This document shows positions 26,711 through 38,700 of a stretch of DNA of 64,000 nucleotides, piece by piece. The DNA comes from Lingula anatina. Its lineage: Eukaryota > Animalia > Brachiopoda. The DNA is taken from assembly GCA_051362555.1 (NCBI GenBank), contig CM120642.1, forward strand, positions 31,434,001 to 31,498,000. The letters are read 5' to 3'. Below the pieces are notes generated by a model. The model did no database searches. It was not told the DNA's origin and was given only the letters and a program-made list of their open reading frames with translations. How positions within the stretch are numbered: position 1 is the first letter of the stretch; every line of letters starts with the position of its first letter. Position numbers and translations under genes: made by a program.

Positions 26711-29700
26711 ACGCGCACACATGTGCAGTATTAATGCATGTCTGCTCAAGTACATTATAAATCACAGTCTTCTTTAGTTTTGATTGCATTCTATTGCTGT
26801 GTAGACCCAAACAATGACAAAGTTTTTTTCAAAACGTATCTAGTTTTTTCTTATATATAATTGAACATACCAGATCACACTGGAGACTGAGAGCACCCTG
26901 AGGATGACAGTTACACTGAGTACAGCCCTGACTACTGCTGTAGTTATATACTTACCAGATTACACTGTGGACTGAGAGCACCCTGAGGATGACAGTTACA
27001 CTGAGTACAGCCCTGACTACTGCTGTAGTTATATACTTACCAGATTACACTGTGGACTGAGAGCACCCTGTGGATGACAGTTACACTGAGTACAGCCCTG
27101 ACTACTGCTGTAGTTATGTACTTACCAGATTACACTGTGGACTGAGAGCACCCTGTGGATGACAGTTACACTGAGTACAGCCCTGACTACTGCTGTAGTT
27201 ATATACTTACCAGATTACACTGTGAACTGAGAGCACCCTGAGGATGACAGTTACACTGAGTACAGCCCTGACTACTGCTGTAGTTATATACTTACCAGAT
27301 TACACTGTGGACTGAGAGCACCCTGAGGATGACAGTTACACTAGGTACAGCCCTGACTACTGCTGTAGTTATATACTTACCAGATTACACTGTGGACTGA
27401 GAGCACCCTGAGGATGACAGTTACACAGAGTACAGCCCTGACTACTGCTGTAGTTATATACTTGCCAGATTACACTGTGGACTGAGAGCACCCTGAGGAT
27501 GACAGTTACACAGAGTACAGCCCTGACTACTGCTGTAGTTATATACTTACCAGATTACACTGCGAACTGAGAGCACCCTGAGGATGACAGTTACACTGTG
27601 TACAGCCCTGACTACTGCTGTAGTTATATACTTACCAGATTACACTGTGGACTGAGAGCACCATGAGGATGACAGTTACACTGAGTACAGCCCTGACTAC
27701 TGCTGTAGTTATATACTTACCAGATTACACTGTGTACAGCCCTGACTACTGCTGTAGTTATATACTTACCAGATTACACTGTGGACTGAGAGCACCCTGA
27801 GGATGACAGTTACACTGAATACAGCCCTGACTACTGCTGTAGTTATTTACTTACCAGATTACACTGTGGACTGAGAGCACCCTGAGGATGACAGTTACAC
27901 TGAGTACAGTCCTGACTACTGCTGTAGTTATATACTTACCAGATTACACTGTGGACTGAGAGCACCCTGTGGATGACAGTTACACTGAGTACAGCCCTGA
28001 CTACTGCTATAGTTGTAGGCGTTAGTCACACATCGCTCACAGCTGTCCCCCTCCACATTGGGCAGACAAACGCAGCGTCCGGTCACTGGGTCGCATTCGC
28101 CTGTAGATCCCGCGCTGTTAGAGCAGGAGCAAGCTGAAGATGAAAAGTTCCTTTTAGTTTGCTAAATATTGAGGAAAAGTGTCAGTTTGCTTTACATCAT
28201 GAATGGAATATGTACCAATTTTCCCTTTCATTATTATCTAGTTTATGCTGCAAGCTTCATAATTATCTTTTTTCACTCTTATTGTGCCTCTGGATTTTCA
28301 GAAAATTAAACTGAAGTTTAAGTTTTCACAATGTGCCTCACACTTTATCTCTAAAAAACTTTTAAAACTAATCAAAAACAAAATTTTCAGAATCTAGAAG
28401 ATGGTTCTATAACTCTGCTAGAATTAAACTTCATAAAACATTAACCATTTTTAAAAACCTGAAAAAAAATTTTAAAAAATTAGCCTACTAGGCGTTTACC
28501 TTGGCAAGTGCCCTCCATAGCATTTCCAAAGTACCCAGGGGCACATATTTGACACTCCCTCCCAGCAGTATTGTTGACACAGTTGATACAGTCCCCTGTC
28601 ACCGTGTCACACAGACTGGCTCTGCCATTACACTGACATGGGCGACACTGTCCTCTATTGTTCTGGGGATAAAAGGTAAACATTTCTATTACAATTACAA
28701 AATGTGAAGCCAATGGATTTATTTTATAAGCTGCATACCAATTTTGAAAGTGTTTTATCTGTCTTTTGCTATCTCATATTTTAAGCTTTCAAGAAGTGAA
28801 TGCTAAAATGTTCAGAGTGGGGATGACTCACTGCGGGAACTTTGATAGAATAAAATTCCTCTGTCCATTTTCCATTGATAAGAATGCATTATGGCACTGA
28901 GCGCAGAAACAAAAGGACAACTTTTCCTATCACTTAATTAAAGCAAAAATGCTTGACTGCTTACACTTTTACTTACAGTAATATTTTCTGGCTGTCCATA
29001 ATAGCCTTGGACACACTCATTACACCTCCTTCCACCATGGCCAGTGACACAGTCGTTACAGGTGGGACTGCCATCTTGGTCCAGGGTACATAACAGAGCG
29101 AACACATTGATGTCGCCAGAGACTACATTGCCTGGGCACATACAGGGCCTACAGTCATCTGAAGTTATAACACATATAACACATACAGGGCCTACAGTTA
29201 TCTGAAGTTATAACACATACAGGGCCTACAGTCATCTGAAGTTATAACACATATAACACATATAACACATACAGGGCCTACAGTCATCTGAAGTCATTAC
29301 ACATATAACACATACAGGGCCTACAGTCATCTGAAGTTATAACACATATAACACATACAGGGCCTACAGTTATCTGAAGTTATAACACATACAGGGGCTA
29401 CAGTCATCTGAAGTTATAACACATAGAACACATATAACACATACAAGGCCTACAGTCATCTGAAGTCATTACACATATAACACATACAGGGCCTACAGTC
29501 ATCTGAAGATATAACACAAGTGTACAGAACAGATACTCAGAGGTGTTGATTTAAAATGGCAAGGTAACTTTTTGCTATTGACATCCCATTTATCACACTG
29601 AAGCTGAAAGGTGGCAATTTTAATTTTTATCTTAATGAAAAAAAAATACTGAAGGTGTCTGTATGATTAACTAACTTGATTATCATCCTTTTAAGAAAAT

Positions 29701-32700
29701 ATATTGACAGAAAGAAAAGGATTTACAGGAAAAAAAACCCCTTAAAACATGTCAGAGATGGGTCCTCCAGTTTTCCTCTCAAATACAAAGCATACCAATG
29801 TCTCACCATAGCAACCTGCCTCCCATAGCAACTGCTGACCACATTGCCACAGCAACATAGTGAAACTCACCTGGAGAACCTGCCACTGCATCCCCATAAA
29901 AACCAGGCAAGCAAGTATCACACGTTGGCCCGGTCGTGCTGTGTATACATGTGCATGTGCCTGTCTCGCTGTCGCAAGGCTGGTTAGGTTCAGAGTGACC
30001 GTTGCACTGACAGGGAACACACTGGATGAAGGGGCCTCCGTTGGGGACCTGTCGTTTGTATCCTGGCGCACACTGCTCACAGAACTGACCCTGGACAGCA
30101 CACAAAATACTGGTCAAACAATGCAGCAAAGATGTCAAATAGACAGACATAACTGGCAAAAATGAGGGAAGCACTGGCATGAAAACAGTTTAAAATGAAG
30201 CAATTACTGGAAATATACAGATACAGGTGATGGCTATATGTCCAGACAGTGTCTGTCCATAAAAAAAGCAACACCACAGTGGCCTGTGCATGGTTAAATA
30301 TATTTCTATTAAAAAGAGTAGACTTTATTGACACAAATACCTATTACCTACCTACCTTCCCAAAAATTAACTTAATTTTTCATATAGACCATTTCATAAA
30401 ATTTTCAACTTAAATATAAGCCATGAAATATGGAACAATTATCAACTGTTTATTTGCAAAGATTACTTCATATCAAAGTAATATAAATTTTATGTAAAAA
30501 AAAATTCATAGGTCAGACTTATGACTTGAGATATCTATAATTACATATTGTGGTTCAAAATAACAGATCTCTTACCATATAACCCTGTGGACAGGTGCAG
30601 TTTTCTATGTTGTTTAGTGGATTAAGTTGTGTCACTGTATTCACTGCAAATTCTAACTCCCCAAAGTACAATATGGCATGGGAATTATCAACCTGAAATA
30701 GCACAGGAATGAACCTCTTAGATATTCCCAAAATGAAACCTCAAAATGACATTCATAAAACTGGAATATATAATTTACTTCAACCAATCTTGGACATTTG
30801 GCAGGTGGTTTCTGTCTTTCAGTGCTCTACAATCGGTCAGTTTACTTTGACTCATATTGCAGACAAAGATATTACATTGCTATGCTTAGCTCTGCCCCCA
30901 TTGCAGAGATAAGACTTACATTACTATGCTTAGCTCTGACCCATATGGCAGAGATAGGACTTACATTGCTATACTTAGCTCTGACCCATATGGCAGAGAT
31001 AGGACTTACATTGCTATACTTAGCTCTGACCCATATGGCAGAGATAGGACTTACATTGCTATACTTAGCTCTGACCCATATGGCAGAGATAGGACTTACA
31101 TTGCTATACTTAGCTCTGACCCATATGGCAGAGATAGGACTTACATTGCTATACTTAGCTCTGACCCATATGGCAGAGAGATCAGAAAGCACCTGTAACA
31201 TTTGTTGATGGGAGGCCTGGGGACCATCTGTGGCATTTACTCTCCAGTGAGACTGGTGAAGTACCACCTGAAATGGAATGAGTCTTTGGTTATTTTTTTT
31301 GGTAAAAAAAAGACTACTGAAATCATGAACATATTGACTGCGGCATAAAAGATTTGTAAACTAATGAGAACTATCTCATTGGAGGGCAAAAAAGTGACAT
31401 CTTAAAACAATCAGTATGTGTATTTTTCATAAATACAGCAAAGAAATTTTGCATAGTTTAAATCTATACCTCATCTTTTCTAGTTTCATTCCATTTTTAC
31501 CATAACTAAGGCATGTGCAATATTTTGCATAGTGATCCTCCAGAATCCCAACCAAAACACTGCAAGGGAGGATTCTTCATCTTATGGACAGCAATTTAAT
31601 TCAGACTGCCATTGCTTCAAAAATCAATTTACAATTCCATGAAATCATCAGACTTTTTCCAATAAGAGATTAACTCCCATATTAAAAGAAAATTTTGCAT
31701 TCAGAAACTCAGTAGGGGTTTTGACCAAGGCCATAAACCTTCCTTTCAATCTACCCCTGTACTTAACACTCCATGCCACACCCATCTGGTTTTTACTAAA
31801 CCCCTAGACCCCCCTGACAATTTGCCCCTGCAATGACCATGCCATACTACACCCACCTGATAAGAAGTCCTAACTGAACCAGGCATGCTGGGTAAATTGG
31901 TCACCAGCACGAAGTCAGTATAGGCACCAGCGAGAACCACATCCCCTGTGGTACTGTTGACAGGAGAGTCCAGTGTTGAGGAGGACAGATCCACAGAGAA
32001 GGTCTGGCCATAAGCACCCCTCTTGTCCCCCAGGTATTTGGGCGTGGCAGAGAAGTAAAGGTCGGGGAGACCAAGGTTGTTCCCAGTGTTGATGATCTGC
32101 ACTGCTCGTCTGAAATTGTGGGAAATATTTATTGTCTTTTGAAATGTTATCATTTTTTTTGTTATTTGTAGAAAATGCTATCAAAATGTGATACAAAGTG
32201 TAAAAAAATATGCTGGTTTCCAATTACTCTAAATCCTTGAACTGTAACATTTCAAGAATGTCCTTTTATGGTGTAAAAAGAATGAGAAAATGAGCAAATC
32301 ATAAATGCTTTTTTTTTCACCTGATGTTAATAGAATGACCGACTGACCGACCGACCAACCAACCAACCAACAAACCGACCAACCAATCAAAACAAATATG
32401 TTGTAACCAAAAGTGGAACCTACTGCAAGGGTACACCAAATATATACGGCCTGTTGGTAGGAACAGTGGTCCCAGTCTGGCTGACACCTGCCCAGCCATC
32501 CTCTGTGATAGAGTTGTCATTAACAGACCAGGTGTCACTGACAGTGGTCTTGTACCAGCCAGTGGCTGAGGAACAGGAGACAGTGTGACCAGAGCAGAAA
32601 CATGGAATACACCCAGTGTCTGTGTCCCAGGTGCCAAGGCCATAGGATCCTGAAGTGGAGAGTAATTAATAATTAATTGGTTATTGTAGTTAATAATATA

Positions 32701-35700
32701 TGGCGTATAAAATGTCATCAAATCAAATAAGTTATGTACCTTATGTATTCCACAAAACCATGAGTTATAGTGTTGCAAGTGGAAATTATTTTATGTCATT
32801 ATAAGAAAAAGGTATACTCTTGTGACAATTACTTGGAAAAAAGAAGATTTTACTTCATTAAAAGAATAATTTAAAGTCTTTTGACAAAGGTCTAATAAAA
32901 ATTCTAGGGAAAAAAGGGCTTACCAAACTGGCAGGTGTCACACTTGGTTCCCGAGGTAAGTGGTTTACACTGACAGGCACCTGTCCCATTGTTACATATA
33001 CCCCCTGCACTGCCCTCCACATTACAACTACACGGAATACAGCCCACCTCTGACAGGGCATAGAAACTGAAAATAATATGGATCTTGAAGTATAGCTCCA
33101 ATCTATGACAGGGCATATAATCTGAAATTAATATGTGTTTGAATATGCAGTGTCATCATTTTCCTTTACAGCTGTAAAGTTCTGTAAAGTTAAAGGTTCA
33201 TATAAGTGGTCAGGCAACCTCATCCATCTGGACACTGTCCACTGTTATTAAGATATTAAACATTAACTCACCCGTCTAGACACTGGTCACAGATCAGTCC
33301 ACCCACACCAGGCTTACATGGACACTGTCCACTGTCACTGCAGGAGTTGTTGAAAGAGTACACCAGATGGCACTGGCATCTCTGGCAACCATTGCCTATA
33401 ATCAAACAAGGTCATACAATGATTTCTATCATCATCATTGCTATATTTTTTTCACAGAGTGTATAATGTGTCATAGGCAGGCATATGTTTGACAGAAAGA
33501 GAAATGAATTTCAAATACTTCAATAGACCCAATCTAATTGGAGTTTGAAATATCTTTTCTAAGAAAATTACTAACAGTGGGTTTCATCTACAAAATTTCA
33601 ACATTTGACAACATGAGGAGCAATTTTTTAAAATATAAAAGGCAATTTTTTTCAAAGAGCAATTCCTCATAATAAAATGTGCATTGTGCATTGCAATAAT
33701 CATTACACTTTGAATGGTTTTCAGAAAGTACATACGTAAATATTGTTTCTTGACATGTTCATAGACAAATTTTCATCTGTACAACCTTCCATTACCTGTG
33801 TACAAGCCATAGTGGTCAGCAATGCATGTGTCACACTTGGTTCCTGTGACATTAGTCTTACAGGTACACACCCCTGTCTCAGTACAAGATTCTGTCACAG
33901 ATCCTGACACATCACAGCCACATGCTGAAACCAAATATACAACAGTCACTGTTAACTTAGTATGTTGTCTTTCAACAGGCAGTCCCTAGCAGAAATCTCT
34001 ACACAAGTCCATACTTACATTTGCTCTTTATGTGAGCACATCTAGAACTGAGAAATCTCTTCTTTTCCTCTGGTTTCAAATTACTCCTTCATGGGGGAAA
34101 AAATCTGTCTTTACAAATTTATTTGAATATTTAGAAATTGCATGGCATTTAACCCATCTGCGGACACCCCATGCAAAACAGAAACCATCTTTTGGGGCAA
34201 AAAAAAAAAGTGAAAAGACCATACCTGTGCATCCATTACCACTGCTAAAGCCATAGTGATTGGCCAGGCACTGGTCACATGACCTGCCACCCACCCCAGG
34301 CTTGCAGACGCACTGTCCGCCATATGTGTTACAGTTTGTTCCAGGTACAGTGCCAGTGGGATTACACGAACAACCTGAAGATAGGCGAGAAATAAATATA
34401 CATAAATACACAGGAAAATAAGCATCTATTATATCTGCAATGATATGTATATGCACTGAAAGTAAAGGATAGAGAATTGAGAAATAGCAACTAGTTTATT
34501 CTGATAAAATGTACTCAGAATGTCATAAACTCATTATGTGTACTTTTGTGATGTATTGCATTATTGATTCAAACTCAAAATATTTACAAAACCATCATAA
34601 ATTGTATCCAAATTCAAATCATGTTACTGTTCACAATCAAGTTTTCTATTATTAACAGATAAAGCATACCTATTTCATATAGACAAAAAAAAAAAATCCT
34701 CATAAATTACAAAATGAACTCACCAACAGCTCCATTAAAAAGCTCAGCCATGAGAGAGTATTCATACAAGCCACAGTTAGAGTCAAGCTGCTGCTGAAAT
34801 TCCATGTTTTTCACAGCCTCCATACACACAATGTAGGGCAGGGTATTGCTGCTGGTCTGATAAGTGGTCAGGTCGTCCAGCAGGGGCAAGACCATGATCT
34901 GTAAAACATCAAGGACTTTCCAATATACTCGATACTATAGGAAACATAGAAAATTCCTAGAAGATCTGTGCAGAACTTCCACTGCTGATATCATAGGGAT
35001 CATTCTATCACAGTTTGTCACTGTATATAAAATTAAAAATAAAATACAGTCAGAATGTCTGCATATGAAAAGTAATTCAGTCAATAAATATTATCATTTT
35101 AGCTTAACATTTTAAAAGATTATATAATTCAGCTTTATTCTATATTGATAAGGCACACTGAACATCAGAAAACTAACTCTGACTACAAAGTATATACTGT
35201 GTGGAGGAGTATAATAACAAGGACTTGGGGTGAGATGTAATGAGCTAGCATACCACATCCAACTCCAGAGTCATCCCATTCAATGTGCTGTTGTCTTGTC
35301 CTAAAGCCAAGGCCAGTGTGTAGGTGGTACCAGCCTGTAGGCAGCCAGTGTCATAGGTCACAGTTTCTATAAAATATAACAGTGTATTAAATAACAGCAC
35401 TTTTGGAAGTATATAATAATGATTGTGGCGATTTTTCAAAAAAGGCCACCAAGAACAGCTGTGATAATGCTGCTTCCTAAGTAATAACTATGCAATTAGA
35501 GTTTTCTTTATCTATAAATGTGTATACATCATTTAAATGATCTGAAAAGCTAACTTAAATCAACCTTAAAGCATTTCCCAACTATAATTTCTAATTATAA
35601 AAGATGTCTAAAATATGTTTTCTAAAAAAAAAAAAATAATAAAATAAAAAAAAAAAAAAAACCAAATGTTATTTGAGCATTGACACATAATCAAGAAATG

Positions 35701-38700
35701 TTGAAAGCCTTCTACCTGAAAATCACAAAACATTTTAGTTAAAAGAAGTATTCTCCTGAAAAACTAAAACAATAGTAAAATCAAACCCTGTTTGTGAGTC
35801 TCTGAAGCCACCCCCAATAATTGTCAGTCCCAAAGCCACACCCACAGATAGCTAGTCAATCCCAGAAGCCACACCCATAGATGTTAGTTTCTGAAGGAGC
35901 ACCGGTAGTTAGTATAAAAAGTCTCGTATATAGGAAATCCATAAAGCCACACCCAAGTGAAGCCAGTCCTTAAACCACACACAATGACAGCCAGTTACTG
36001 ATGTCCCACCCAATTTATCAACAGATTTCTGCCAATCCCTGAAGCTATTCCTACAGAAGATTTTACCCTTTAGATCAAATTATCATAAAAGGTCAATGCC
36101 TGAGGTCATTAAGAGAGAACCTTAGCCCTTACAAGCCACACAAGATAAAGTTCAACACAAGAAGATGATGAGAATATCAAATCCAGTCCAGCCATATTTC
36201 AACCCTTGTAGAAGCCACACCCACAAAAGCCACACCCAAAAAACTCCACCATTCCACAACACCCTAGCAACTTGAAACCACACCCAGAAAATGCCTAATC
36301 TCATGAAGCCACACCCCCCACTGTCACTCACGAGTCAAAATGGGCGGGAGAGCAGTGTCGTTGTATTGAGCCTGTACACACAGCCCCCCAAGGTCTGATG
36401 TGAACACCAGGTCCCCTGGGCAGTTCTGAAGGAAGGCAAACCCATTGGAACACTGGTAGAACTGCTGGCAATTGTACGGATGTGGGTAACGATTACCATC
36501 CGGTCTGCCATCACATGTGAAAAACACTGTAATTTCAATCCATATGATAATAAAATGTTGACATATGATATATATATTTTTTTTTATTTGTCAGAGTGCG
36601 ATGACATACACTAGAATTTTTTACACAAAATTATTTAAAAATTGACCAAAAAAGTCCCTGCATTGTCAGCAAGGTTCGTGCTAAGGCGACCAGCAGTGAC
36701 TGAGCTGGGAACCAACTACCTGGTCAAAAAAAGCTAGTACATTTGCTTTGGAACATTGTCAATGGCTAACATTTCAATCACTTTGTTAGAAATTGGGATC
36801 CATATTATGAAAGTGCATCAGGGAGTCTTAAATGTGTCAAAAGGGCCATGAAAGTCTACATTTGAACTGTTAATTCCATCTGTTTCCCCCTGTTATTTAT
36901 TTGTTAAAAACAACACATCCAAATGTGTATAAAAGCATAATGTTAACAACTGCATGCAATTATTTTTAGTCCCAGCCTTGCGACATAATGCATATACATT
37001 CCAATAAATGATTTTAAAAAGCTGTTTTCAATGAGATTAGAATAACAACATTTTGTCTCACCTCTTCCAGAAGTGGACATAATTGCCTCTCCATACTGCA
37101 GAACTTGCCCAGAGCTGTAACTCTGCCCTGCACATGTATAAGCAGAACCACCCACAGGGGTCAAGGTCACTTGAGCAGACGGCCAACTGGTATCACTCTG
37201 AAGAAAACAAAATTAATGAATATAGCTAAATATATATAAAAACACACAAGAACATGATGAAGATGAAAAAAAGTTACAGTATTCATAAAAATATTACACT
37301 TCTTTTCTGCAACTTCAAAGAGAAAATAAATCGTAAAATATCTAGACTCGCCCTTCAAAAAATCGACGAAAACCGGAAGTGCGTGTTTTTTGCACTGTTT
37401 TTCCTGTCATTGCCCATCGTAAACACTGTGTTGTCAAGTAAAACGAAGTGTCTGATACAAAGTATCAAACGCGGCATTCACGTGCTTGCTTGCGATGCAT
37501 TCAGTACACTTTGTTTACACTGACAAGTCGAGGTCAGGAATGCACAATGTTTTTCTATGTAATTACGCAGTTTCAATTTTGATTAGTGAATTTTCTTTTA
37601 TCTGCATGGTCATTTTCCGAACATTTGTATGAACCACGAAATATTTCTCATCGGAAAATCACCCAGCAGCTTTCCAAGTAGAAGCGAGTGACGTCATGAG
37701 GCACTTCCGGTTTTCGTCAAGATCTTGAAGGGATTAGCGTTACGGTTTGCTGCACATTTAAAGCGTTCTGTCTCAAAATGTACTCAACTGCTTGGATTGA
37801 AATTTACAGAACTTATTCTTCACATGATATCACACATATGTGCTTAATTTGAGAGCTTTAGCTGTTATATGTTTTCTACAGTGCCCATTCAAAATTGAAA
37901 AAGAGCTATTTTCCGTCGATTTCTTGAAGGGCAAGTCTACGTAATACATGGATGAAAGGCATTTTTCTGAATATTACAATGTATGACATTCACAAAAGGT
38001 TGTTATCCAATGCTTCTCTAAGCAGAAATAGCAGAAGATCCTTCCGTTTAGTTCTGGCACTGATATGACCAATAGAATGATTTTCTAATTTTCTATTAAA
38101 AGAAGAAATACTACAGTAGTCCACACATGTGGAAAGGGTCTTTCAAGGTCCTCCCAGAGTAGAAATGCATCAGCCACTGACTAAATGGTGAATATTAAAC
38201 CTACGCACTGTAACCACTACCTCAACATGACATTAGTACAGTAGTACAGAGAAGACTGTTATATCAGTAATCAGCTTACTTTGTATCTAAGCAGTATATC
38301 ATAGCGCTGTGTTCTGGGAACTTGTATCTGAAACTGTACGAAACTGTTGACCTGTAGCACCACAGTGCCTCTGCCACTGAAATCTGAGCCTGGCATATTC
38401 CCTCCTGAGGCCTCCTTCACCACTGCACTCTGTAATTATATAATATGTAATATAACTACATAAGCCTTCATTCTTGACTGTTGCCATGTTTACTGTTGTT
38501 GGTTATTGGCATAAGAAAAGACACGATTTTGGGTTGTATTAAAGAAGATGACTTGATGGCATTATGATGATGGGTCTATAAAAAACAGACATATCACAAA
38601 GCATTTTCCAAGTGAAAGTCATTTAATCTGATATGTTGCTACAGTAATTATGCTGATAACCCATACTTTTCTATTTAAAAATCCACTTTAGAACACATTT

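Noticed and set aside
26067-26810. Many ORFs rich in CV/HT dipeptides
   Set aside because: Translations of (CA)n/(GT)n microsatellites; only 26613-26514 (minus) is a real exon.
26934-27939. Each 85-bp unit contains GTAAGTATATAACTACAG, which looks like an 18-nt GT-AG mini-intron
   Set aside because: Far below normal metazoan minimum intron size, and removing it leaves 67-nt pieces that do not keep the frame.
26866-28015. Regular 85-bp array resembling a CRISPR array
   Set aside because: No unique spacers, units are copies of the adjacent laminin exon end, no cas genes, eukaryotic context.
30798-31208. Plus-strand repeat ORFs (LTLLYLALTHMAEIG; SSDPYGRDRTYIAIL)
   Set aside because: Antisense frames of the 45-bp donor array; no independent gene signals.
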